32,000 nucleotides of DNA from Advenella kashmirensis (GCA_040395835.1 JBEBPQ010000025.1:13174-45173); one strand, 5' to 3'. Positions 16,110-24,246 are shown, counted from the stretch's first letter. Notes: generated by a model from the sequence alone, not told the origin. Made by a program: numbers and translations.

Positions 16110-19100
16110 TTCATTTCTCTTGTGATATTGGCTCGAGCCCGATTCAGGATAACGCGAGTCTGGGCTTTGAGCTTTTCGTCGGGAATTTTTGACAGTTGCA
16201 GTTCCGTCATCCGAATCAGGCCATCGGCCACGAAACCGGTGGCTGCTTGACGGCTGAAATAATCAGCCATCGCCGCCCGGGCCAGTGGATGAAAACGCCA
16301 ATATTTGTCGAGCAACCGCAAGTTTGCGTCTACGTCCTTGTTTACCCATTTGGCGAGATAGTCTGCCGTCGTCTGCTTCGAGCCTGGCAACATGGGGCGC
16401 GAGTATGGATTCTGGAAAAACCATGACGCAGGCATATGTTCACCCGCGGCGAGGTCATTGACGGAGCCCGTGCTTGTATCGTATTGTTTGCCGTAGTAGG
16501 TCTCGGCCAGCGTGGCAAGCTGCCCGACCTCATTCTGGGGCACCGTAGGTACGTCCCATATATTGAGGATCGACTGGTCGGTAGTGAAATCAAGGGTCAC
16601 GACACGCTGCTCGTTCTGCAATAGGAAGACGTAATCGATCTTGCTCATGCCAAATGGCATGCTCACCGGCAGGCCGGTAGCGGCATCGAAGATGGCGATG
16701 CCTCTTTCAGTGCCCGAATCTCCCGAGTCGGTGGTAAATATAGTACGGCCGTCCTTGGAAAATAGCAGAAATTTGCCAGCGGTATCATTCTTGATCTTCT
16801 GGCCGATCGCCTGTTTTTTCTCCAGATCCCACAGCCGGATATATTTGGCATCTTCGGCCACTGCCAGTATTTTTCCATCCGGGCTTAGATCCGATTTCGG
16901 CACATTGCCGTAGGTGGGGATAGTGATCCGCTTTTTGAAGTCCTCCATATCGTAAAGATCGATCTTGTTTTCGCGAAATGCCAGCAGGTAGCGATCTTCA
17001 CCGATGAAACTGGCGCCGGTAAGGTGGCTGCGCTCCTGATACAGGGTCTGGCCGGTTTTGATGTCGATAATTTGCCACTGGCCATCGGCTTTGAGCGTCA
17101 GAATCTTCGAAAAATCTTGCGACAGCTGATAGCGCACTTTGGGCGGCAACGCAAATTCTCGGATACGTTTACCGGTCTGAATTTCCCAGATGCCCATCGT
17201 GTCCTTACTTAAACGGCCCGATGACAACACGCCCGCCTGATCGAGCAATATATTCTTCCCTTCGATCACAATCGGCTGGCCCAGTGGCGTGCCGGTGGTT
17301 GCCTGAAAAAAACGGACTTCGCGCCGTTGGTCCGCCAGATCGGTGATGGTATAGACGAAATCATGTTTTCTGCTGACGCCGAAATCCTTGATGATCTTGC
17401 CGACTTGAATAAACTTGGGCTGTTGCTTGCCATCCTCCAGATTCCACTGATCCAGGCTGGTGCCCTCCTTCTTCAGTACCAGCACTGTTTTGCTGTCGGG
17501 AACAGTCTGGACATTGACAACGTCGCTTCCCAGTTGAACTTGGTTGCGCAATAAGGACGGACCCTGATCCGTGATCAGGTTGCGGACTCCCTGTTGATTC
17601 TTTGTACTTTGTGTGAGATCGGGGGCAATCACGTCCTCTTCGGGCGGCAGGAGCTCTTTAAAATTGATTGGCGCAGTGCCCGATGTTACTTTGCGGTCCG
17701 TGTTTCGATCGAAGACAGTGTATTGCTGATATGTGGCGGCAACCGCTGTCTTGCCGTCAGGATTGAAATAAACGGCGATTATCGGATTGTCCATGGAAAT
17801 GGAGACCGGCTGCCCACCGGGCTGGTCAAGCCTGATATGGAAGAGGGACTCCGAGTTATAGAAAAACAGACTCTTTGACTCGGGATCAAAGACAGGCCTG
17901 CCATCGTCTATCGGTAGCTGGTACTCCTCCGAGGACAGGACCGTGCTATCGGTCTGGAATCGGTAGACCCTAATTTTTGTGCTGTTGTTTTCCGAGTTGG
18001 AGAAAGCCACGGTCCTGGAATCGGGTGCAATAAGCACACGCTCGAAGCCGAGGCGAGTGGACGACAGGCTCGGTACCGATTCGACCACGACTTTTCCTGA
18101 CGCGACGCTATAGACGGTTGTCAGGTTTTTGCCCGACTGTTGATTCTCGGACACCCATCCTTGCAGAACCAGCCAGTTGCCGTCTGGGCTTACGCTGAAC
18201 TGGCCGATACGCAGCTTGGCAGGCGGGCGATAGACGATTTCGGCTTCGTTGCCGTCCTGCCAACGCACCACCTGGCTTTTGGCATTAAGGAAGAAAAGCC
18301 GGTTATTCCTGTCAAAATGCATCGACGCATTAAGAATGGACGTTGGCAGATCGAACTGGCTCAGCTCCCGATACAGACGCCTGGCGACAACGTCCCAGAT
18401 CTGCAAATTCTGCTTCTTCCCGGAGGCGTCTATCTGCACCGCAAGCCAGCGACCATTCGGACTGAACACGGGCGCGCTGGAGGCTTTGGGAATGGGGGTA
18501 ATGCCGTTTTGCCGCATCAGCATCGACTGGACATACACGGCCGCCTGCGTATTTCCCAGCCGGCTTGCGGCGGCCATATAGGCCGCGCCTTCGCCCATTT
18601 CACTTTCGTTGATCTTGTTGATGCCCGATAAATACAACGAACGGGTGAGCATTTGTTGCGCGTTGTTGCGCTCATTCCAGGCGAATATGCCAAGGATGAT
18701 CGCCATGATTGCCAGCAGCCCGATGACGATCGCAATGCGTTTAACGACCCGGTGTCGCTGTTGCGCCTTGGCCAACTGATAAGCTTGATCACGTTTGGTC
18801 AGCTCGCCCAGGGGGATATCGAGCAGTCCGGCAATGATCTTGAGCTTGGCCAGATCCAACTGGGCCTTGTACTCCGCCACTTTGCGATCTATTGCCTTGC
18901 TGCCCAGTCCGTTTTTGCTTTGCCTTAGGTGATGGCGATAGGCCTCGAACGAGGTATATCCCTGCTCGGACGAGTTGGGCAGGCGCACATCCGCGGCCAG
19001 TGGCTCCTGGCGCGTTTCCTGATCGATGGCGCCATTTTCGTCGATCCGGTAGCGTAATACTTCCGGAAAACATTGCAGTTCGTCGGTATCTTCACCGTAT

Positions 19101-19522
19101 TGGGGGTCGCCGTCGAGAATCAGGGCGATGATTTTATCGGCGCGACCGATCTGCTTGAACCAGCGTATTTCCTCGGCAACGTAGGTCGACCGGGCCGAAC
19201 GCGGCGAAGCCAGGTACACCAGATGCGCCGATTGGGTCAGGGCCTGTCGCAGTGCGGTCGAGAGATTGGCGCTGGCGGAGAGTTCCTTTTCGTCCTGGAA
19301 TACCGGGTAGATTTGCGCGGGAATAGTGTCGCCCGAGCGATTTTTTGAACCAACCAGATCGGCGGGGACTTCGTAAGTCTCGAGTTCATGATGTAGCCAG
19401 TCCGCCCATTTGCGGCCTTCTTGCCGGTTATCCGAATGGCTGTAGCTGATGAACGCAATATATTTATTTGTCTCTTTATTTGTGTTGTCAATCGCGGTTT
19501 CCATAGCACCATGTCCGAACAT
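16106..19522 (-). CDS. TIR-domain / single-TM / WD40(PD40)-like beta-propeller protein (about 1138 aa), Toll-like-receptor-type topology
   Basis: The start is uncertain: ATG at 19522 (AGGA 11 nt upstream) or ATG at 19504. The track start at 19672 is a TTG with no RBS, and its first 50 aa are Arg/Cys/His junk. Domain evidence is in the sub-features below. Stop TGA at 16106-16108. Confidence 0.85.
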   Translation of the reverse strand: MFGHGAMETAIDNTNKETNKYIAFISYSHSDNRQEGRKWADWLHHELETYEVPADLVGSKNRSGDTIPAQIYPVFQDEKELSASANLSTALRQALTQSAHLVYLASPRSARSTYVAEEIRWFKQIGRADKIIALILDGDPQYGEDTDELQCFPEVLRYRIDENGAIDQETRQEPLAADVRLPNSSEQGYTSFEAYRHHLRQSKNGLGSKAIDRKVAEYKAQLDLAKLKIIAGLLDIPLGELTKRDQAYQLAKAQQRHRVVKRIAIVIGLLAIMAIILGIFAWNERNNAQQMLTRSLYLSGINKINESEMGEGAAYMAAASRLGNTQAAVYVQSMLMRQNGITPIPKASSAPVFSPNGRWLAVQIDASGKKQNLQIWDVVARRLYRELSQFDLPTSILNASMHFDRNNRLFFLNAKSQVVRWQDGNEAEIVYRPPAKLRIGQFSVSPDGNWLVLQGWVSENQQSGKNLTTVYSVASGKVVVESVPSLSSTRLGFERVLIAPDSRTVAFSNSENNSTKIRVYRFQTDSTVLSSEEYQLPIDDGRPVFDPESKSLFFYNSESLFHIRLDQPGGQPVSISMDNPIIAVYFNPDGKTAVAATYQQYTVFDRNTDRKVTSGTAPINFKELLPPEEDVIAPDLTQSTKNQQGVRNLITDQGPSLLRNQVQLGSDVVNVQTVPDSKTVLVLKKEGTSLDQWNLEDGKQQPKFIQVGKIIKDFGVSRKHDFVYTITDLADQRREVRFFQATTGTPLGQPIVIEGKNILLDQAGVLSSGRLSKDTMGIWEIQTGKRIREFALPPKVRYQLSQDFSKILTLKADGQWQIIDIKTGQTLYQERSHLTGASFIGEDRYLLAFRENKIDLYDMEDFKKRITIPTYGNVPKSDLSPDGKILAVAEDAKYIRLWDLEKKQAIGQKIKNDTAGKFLLFSKDGRTIFTTDSGDSGTERGIAIFDAATGLPVSMPFGMSKIDYVFLLQNEQRVVTLDFTTDQSILNIWDVPTVPQNEVGQLATLAETYYGKQYDTSTGSVNDLAAGEHMPASWFFQNPYSRPMLPGSKQTTADYLAKWVNKDVDANLRLLDKYWRFHPLARAAMADYFSRQAATGFVADGLIRMTELQLSKIPDEKLKAQTRVILNRARANITREMK
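16535..18475 (-). other. Beta-propeller (WD40/PD40-like) repeat region of CDS 16106..19522, predicted extracytoplasmic
   Basis: Recurrent blade motifs: FSPNGRWLAVQ, VSPDGNWLVLQ, IAPDSRTVAFS, FDPESKSLFFY, FNPDGKTAVAA, LSQDFSKILTL, LSPDGKILAVA..IRLWD, FSKDGRTIFTT, ILNIWD. The spacing suggests one large or two tandem propellers. Confidence 0.65.
18677..18736 (-). other. Predicted transmembrane helix of CDS 16106..19522
   Basis: RIAIVIGLLAIMAIILGIFAW, preceded by a basic cluster (KAQQRHRVVKR). By the positive-inside rule this places the TIR domain in the cytoplasm and the propeller outside. Confidence 0.7.
19103..19462 (-). other. TIR domain of CDS 16106..19522
   Basis: KYIAFISYSHSDNRQEGRKWADWLHHELE...IYPVFQDEKELSASANLSTALRQALTQSAHLVYLASPRSARSTYVAEEIRWFKQ...KIIALILDGDP follows the bacterial TIR_2 pattern (FISYS / F.D...L..G / ..V.L.SP....S.W...E). 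Confidence 0.75.
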
Positions 19523-19696
19523 AAGACCGACAATCCTGCTTTTTAACTGAAAGCGGCAATGAAGACAATAGGCGAGTCCCCATGACGATCGAAATGATGT
19601 ATCGGAATGTGAATAGTGACAACCATGGCATTGGCGGCGCGGGCGCCGCGTTCCCTGGTTGTCGCGCGGCAAGTGCGATTTTGCCGATGTTCGCTG

Positions 19697-20941
19697 CTAG
19701 GTATTGTTCAGACATGGTGCGACGCTGGCGGTGCGATTCCCGGGTTTGAATCCCTGGCTGTGCGCCGCTTTGACCGTTGCCAGACCAAGCAGCGTCAGAA
19801 TCAGGAGCGCCCAGGGCAGGGCAGGGGCACCGATCCGCTCAAGCACCAGCCCGCCGGCGATGCCGCCGCCGGCGACGGCCAGGTTGAAAATGGTAACGAA
19901 CATGGATTGCGCCACGTCCGCGCTGTCGCCCGCGTTATCGGCCAGCGCAGTCTGCAGCAAGGTGGCCGAGCCGCCAAAGGTGGCCCCCCAGGCGCCAACA
20001 CCGATAAGCACGGCGACTGGCCACTCGCCGCCAATGCCCAGAACGAGGGCGGCCAGGGCGAAGCCCGCCAGGCTCAGCAGCGTCAGGGTCCTTAGCTTGC
20101 GATCCACGAAGACGCCGGTAACCCATATGCCGGCGATCGACGCGAACCCAAACAACAGCAGTACGCTATCAACGCGTGCGGCCAGTCCGCTGGCGGCAAG
20201 AAAAGGAGCGATATACGTATAAAGCATATTGTGGGCCAGGATCCAGGTGAAAAGCACGAGAAGAACGGGACGAATACCGGGAATGAACAAGATTCGCCGC
20301 ACCGGTATGCGCCGCATTGTCGATTGGCCGGGATAGTCGGGTACGGCTGCGCGCACCCATAGGCACAGTAGCAATGCCAGCAGGGACATGCCCCAAAAGA
20401 CGCCGCGCCAGTCAAAGAGCGAACCCAACCAGGTGCCCAGAGGAACCCCCAGGCACAGGGCGATTGGCTGGCCAACGCCGACGACGGCCATGGCCCGTCC
20501 CTGTAGATGATGCGGCACCATGCGCCGCGCATAACCGGCAAGGAGCCCCCAGACCACGCCCGCGGCCATGCCGGCAATGAAACGGGCGGCTAGCGTCAAT
20601 CCATAACTGTCCGATAGCGCCGTCACGCTGTTGAAAATCAGCAATCCCGAAACTGCCAGAAGAAACAATGGACGCCGGTGCCAACTGCGGGTTGCGGCGA
20701 TCACGGGGATTGCGGCCAGTACGGAACCTAGTGCGTAAACAGTGACCAGTTGCCCGGCCAGGGCCTGCGAGACGGCAAGACCGGCGCTGATTTGCGGCAA
20801 CAGGCCCGCCGGCATGGTTTCGGTCATGATAGCAATAAAACCCGCCATAGTGAGCGCCAGGAGTTTGCCAATCGGCAGGTGATCGACCACCTTGGCGTCA
20901 ACGGCGGATCGTACCGGGTTATTCTTGTCTGGCGTAGGCAT
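19697..20941 (-). CDS. MFS transporter (DHA1 / SotB-YdhP-like efflux type, 414 aa)
   Basis: 12-TM pattern. N-terminal LALTMAGFIAIMTETMPAGLLPQIS...QLVTVYALGSVLAAIP and loop motif RSWHRRPL are typical of this MFS subgroup. Divergent from the HTH regulator at 21077. Confidence 0.9.
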   Translation of the reverse strand: MPTPDKNNPVRSAVDAKVVDHLPIGKLLALTMAGFIAIMTETMPAGLLPQISAGLAVSQALAGQLVTVYALGSVLAAIPVIAATRSWHRRPLFLLAVSGLLIFNSVTALSDSYGLTLAARFIAGMAAGVVWGLLAGYARRMVPHHLQGRAMAVVGVGQPIALCLGVPLGTWLGSLFDWRGVFWGMSLLALLLCLWVRAAVPDYPGQSTMRRIPVRRILFIPGIRPVLLVLFTWILAHNMLYTYIAPFLAASGLAARVDSVLLLFGFASIAGIWVTGVFVDRKLRTLTLLSLAGFALAALVLGIGGEWPVAVLIGVGAWGATFGGSATLLQTALADNAGDSADVAQSMFVTIFNLAVAGGGIAGGLVLERIGAPALPWALLILTLLGLATVKAAHSQGFKPGNRTASVAPCLNNT

Positions 20942-21076
20942 AAAAATTCCTTTGCTGATTGCGAGATCCGGCGCGTGGTTGGAAAGGGCGCTGGATGCGG
21001 TTGTAATGTTCGAGGCGATGTTTTATATTAATAAAACAAGAAATTTATTTGTATATTAGAAAAAAAGGAATGCAAT

Positions 21077-21763
21077 TTGTCAAGAAAAAACTTGGAAAAT
21101 TGGCGTGCAGAGCTAGGCTCGACCTCGGAACGGCTGTTGCTGTTGTTGAAGACGCGCGGCCCGCAGCAATCGATGGCGGCTGGCAAGTTGCTGGGTACGA
21201 CGTCCGAAGCGGTACGGCAGCAGTTCGTGAAGTTGGCGGATGCCGGGCTGGTCGAATCTTTCTCGCAAACCAGGGGCGTTGGCCGTCCCAGTCAATTCTG
21301 GAAATTGACGCAGGCGGGCCACAAGCGTTTTCCAGACAGCCATGCCGAATTGACCATGCAACTGCTCGATACCGTCAGGCAGGTGTACGGAGAAGCAGCG
21401 ATTGAACAACTGATTGATGCCCGGGAACAGGCGAGCGAAGCGCGCTATTCACAGGAAATGGCCGGACTGGAGGGGCTGAGCGCGCGCATGGAAAAGCTGG
21501 CGGACTTGCGATCCGCGGAGGGTTATATGGCGCAGGTCGAGGCGCGGGAGGATGGGGCGTTGCTGCTGGTGGAAAACCATTGCCCCATTTGCGCGGCAGC
21601 AACGGCATGCCAGGGGTTCTGTCGTTCCGAAAGAATGGTGTTCGAGCGCGTGCTGCAGGCGCGGGTCGAGCGGGTTGAGCATATCCTGAACCAGGCACGG
21701 CGTTGCGCCTATGTCGTCAGCCCGCTATCGATCAGTTCGCCTGAAAACCAGAAAAAGCGCTAA
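21077..21763 (+). CDS. ArsR-like winged-helix transcriptional regulator with C-terminal Cys-containing domain (COG2345-like)
   Basis: TTG start at 21077 with SD AAGGAA 6 nt upstream; no in-frame ATG precedes the HTH. SERLLLLLKTRGPQQSMAAGKLLGTTSEAVRQQFVKLADAGLVE...GVGRPSQFWKLTQAGHKRFPDSH. C-terminal ENHCPICAAATACQGFCRSE. Confidence 0.8.
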   Translation: MSRKNLENWRAELGSTSERLLLLLKTRGPQQSMAAGKLLGTTSEAVRQQFVKLADAGLVESFSQTRGVGRPSQFWKLTQAGHKRFPDSHAELTMQLLDTVRQVYGEAAIEQLIDAREQASEARYSQEMAGLEGLSARMEKLADLRSAEGYMAQVEAREDGALLLVENHCPICAAATACQGFCRSERMVFERVLQARVERVEHILNQARRCAYVVSPLSISSPENQKKR

Positions 21764-21806
21764 GCGCCGCGCCGAATCGAGCGGGGCCGAACCGGTAGCT
21801 TGCGTG

Positions 21807-22736
21807 CTACTTGAACAGTTTTTCGGTGAACGGCCATTGGTCGCGACCTATCATTTGGGCCGCGTATTCGAATAAGTAATCCTTGAATGCGCGGGCAGCC
21901 AGAGAAAGCCCGAAACTTTTCGAATAGACAAAAGTCCACCCCAGCGTGAGATCGTCAACCGGCACTGCGGTTATCCGGTGTTCGCGTACGGCGTGGGAAA
22001 TGGACGAATAGGGAAGGACCGAGTAATAGCCACCGGCAATCACGCAACTGACCATGGTGGAAACGGCGTTGGTCTCAAAGGCAATCATGGTTTCCCGGTT
22101 GCACAGGCGCGCCATGGTTTCGATTTTTTTTCGTATCGGATTGTCGCTTTTGGTGGAAATGAGCGGAAAGGCGAAAATTTCATCCGGCATGATCACCTTC
22201 CTGTCACTGAAATCGGCATCAGGCGGCCCCACCAGGAATAAGCGTTCATTGACGAACGGAGCAGCAACCACTTGTGCGGAAGGGTCAAGCTCGAAGACGA
22301 GGGCGCAATCAATATTGCCGCTTTTGACATCCTCGACGAGGGGGCCGGTGACGCTTTCCAGCATTTCCAGCGCCACCTTGGGGTGGGCCTTCTGAAACCC
22401 GCTGACGACGGGCACGGTAATGATATCGCGCAAGGACATGCCGATGCCCACGGAAAGTCGTCCCACTGGCATTTGCGAATATGCCGTTTGCAAATCATTG
22501 CGAAGCTGGGCGATCTCTCCCAGAATGGCGGGCGCGCGCTGTCTGAGCATTTCGCCTGCCTCGGTCAGCTTAAGTCCCTTATCCGAACGGATGAAAAGGG
22601 CCGTGCCGATCTCATCTTCCAATTGGCTTATTTGCCGAGATAATGCGGGTTGCGATACATACAGCGCGTTGGCCGCGTTGGTGAAGCTTCGCACTTCGGC
22701 AATCTTGATAAAGTAGGAAATTTGTCTCAAGTTCAT
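21807..22736 (-). CDS. LysR-family transcriptional regulator
   Basis: MNLRQISYFIKIAEVRSFTNAANALYVSQPALSRQISQLEDEIGTALFIRSDKGLKLTEAG is a canonical LysR wHTH. Confidence 0.9.
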   Translation of the reverse strand: MNLRQISYFIKIAEVRSFTNAANALYVSQPALSRQISQLEDEIGTALFIRSDKGLKLTEAGEMLRQRAPAILGEIAQLRNDLQTAYSQMPVGRLSVGIGMSLRDIITVPVVSGFQKAHPKVALEMLESVTGPLVEDVKSGNIDCALVFELDPSAQVVAAPFVNERLFLVGPPDADFSDRKVIMPDEIFAFPLISTKSDNPIRKKIETMARLCNRETMIAFETNAVSTMVSCVIAGGYYSVLPYSSISHAVREHRITAVPVDDLTLGWTFVYSKSFGLSLAARAFKDYLFEYAAQMIGRDQWPFTEKLFK

Positions 22737-22818
22737 AAGCTTCTGCCTTGTCTCGCGCCGTTATCGTCGTTTGTTAGCCGGAAATTGTATCGGCTATCCG
22801 GTTTCGGCGTCGAAAATT

Positions 22819-22848
22819 CAATTGCAATCGACAATTCGATTGCAATTG
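22819..22848 (-). terminator. 13-bp perfect inverted repeat 6 nt after the MFS stop codon (terminator and/or LysR operator)
   Basis: CAATTGCAATCGA (22819-22831), caat, TCGATTGCAATTG (22836-22848). On the minus strand it is followed by AATTTTCG. It lies between the MFS stop (22855) and the LysR start (22736). Confidence 0.4.
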
Positions 22849-22854
22849 CTTCGA

Positions 22855-24246
22855 TCAACCGCTGGCACGGGTGACAAGCATGGTGCGGTCCGGCCCCGGC
22901 TCGGCGTTGCCTCCCGTGCTTTCCAATTGTTCCAGCGAACGGTTCCTGGTTTCCAGTCCCCAAAAGAGCACTGCGATGAATACCGATAACAGGCTGATCC
23001 CCACCAAGCCGATCACTCCATATATGCCGAAGTGGGTATAAAGCACTGCGACAATAAACGGCGTGGCCATGGTTACCGCGCGTCCCACCGTATGGGCAAA
23101 GCCGATGCCGCGCAAACGAAAGGCGGTGGGGAACAGTTCGCCCAGATAACCATAAAAGCCGAATGCAAAGAATGCATATAGCGCGGACAGGAAGAGAAAG
23201 CCAATCAGCGGTGTCAGTATCGGATCGCGAGTAAATGGATAAACCAATGCGAACGCAAGTGCGCAGGGTACCGACAGCAGGATGCCCATGCGTCGGCCCA
23301 ATCTGTCTGCTAGCAGGTAGCCGACAATAGCACCGACGGGACCGCCGAAAGACATGAAGGTCAGGAACTCAAGTGATGATGCCACCGACAAGCCTTCCTT
23401 GACAAAGAAGGTTGGCAACCAGGTCACGAAGCTGAATGCAGTCGTGTTGACGACGATGCAGATAATGCTGGCGACCAGCGTCCTGGAGCGGATCCCGGGT
23501 TTGAAGAGACTCGATAGCGGCGCCTGTTCGCGTGAACCGTTGGGGGTGGCGGGCACTTGCGGTAGCGGCTGGCCGGTCTGCTGCGCGACCTTGTGTTCGA
23601 TTTCCCTGAGAATGGCGTCCGCCTCCTGATCGCGTCCCTGTAGTTCGAGCCAACGTGGCGATTCGGGCATGCTTTTGCGGGCGAACCACAGGGCCAGCGC
23701 GCCTACGGCGGCCACTAGGAACATGGCTCGCCAACTGAAGTGCGGGATCAGGTATTGGCTGAGCACGGTCTGCAGGAACATGCCGAAGTTAATGAGACAG
23801 GACATCAGGGCATACCAGCGTCCCCGGTACGTAGGCGGGATGAATTCGGAAAGCATCCCCGTTGCTGCCACCAGCTCGGCGCCCAGGCCCAAACCCATGA
23901 TAAAGCGAAAAAAGATCAGCCATGACATGGATGGTGCGAATACCGCCGCCAGGGAAGCCAGTCCGAAGATCAGCAGATTGGTCTGATAGGTGAATTTTCT
24001 GCCGTATTTGTCTCCGAGCACACCGGCCATCCAGGCGCCGATCGTCATACCGCCGAAGGTGGCCGAAATGAACCAGGCGTTCGTGGTGACGTCGGACCAG
24101 CCTTCCTCAACCAGTGCTGCCAGCACGCTGCCGCCAAGATAAATGTCGAATGAATCAAAAAGTCCGCCCAGACCGATCAGATAGAGCATTCTTCGATGAA
24201 ATGCAGTAATCGGCAATCGGTCCAGGCGTGCGCCCGCGTTAACCAT
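22855..24246 (-). CDS. MFS transporter, sugar-porter/metabolite:H+ symporter type (463 aa)
   Basis: ATG at 24246 with SD GGAGA. The track's upstream 39 aa are Arg-rich and overlap the cupin gene. Motifs GDKYGRKF, PESPRWL, ADRLGRRMG. Confidence 0.9.
   Translation of the reverse strand: MVNAGARLDRLPITAFHRRMLYLIGLGGLFDSFDIYLGGSVLAALVEEGWSDVTTNAWFISATFGGMTIGAWMAGVLGDKYGRKFTYQTNLLIFGLASLAAVFAPSMSWLIFFRFIMGLGLGAELVAATGMLSEFIPPTYRGRWYALMSCLINFGMFLQTVLSQYLIPHFSWRAMFLVAAVGALALWFARKSMPESPRWLELQGRDQEADAILREIEHKVAQQTGQPLPQVPATPNGSREQAPLSSLFKPGIRSRTLVASIICIVVNTTAFSFVTWLPTFFVKEGLSVASSLEFLTFMSFGGPVGAIVGYLLADRLGRRMGILLSVPCALAFALVYPFTRDPILTPLIGFLFLSALYAFFAFGFYGYLGELFPTAFRLRGIGFAHTVGRAVTMATPFIVAVLYTHFGIYGVIGLVGISLLSVFIAVLFWGLETRNRSLEQLESTGGNAEPGPDRTMLVTRASG

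Noticed and set aside
19523-19672. 50-codon N-terminal extension of the TIR ORF as listed in the track
   Set aside because: The listed start is a TTG with no SD. The extension (PRDNQGTRRPRRQCHGCHYSHSD...) is Arg/Cys/His-rich and unlike any TIR N-terminus. In-frame ATGs at 19522 and 19504 lie just before the first TIR beta-strand.
19488-19715. 75-aa minus-strand ORF spanning the MFS/TIR intergenic region, with an internal hydrophobic peptide MPWLSLFTFRYIISIVMG...
   Set aside because: It overlaps the end of the MFS gene and the start of the TIR gene in other frames. Neither the first nor the internal Met has an SD. It was considered as a possible third small component of the cassette but has no support.
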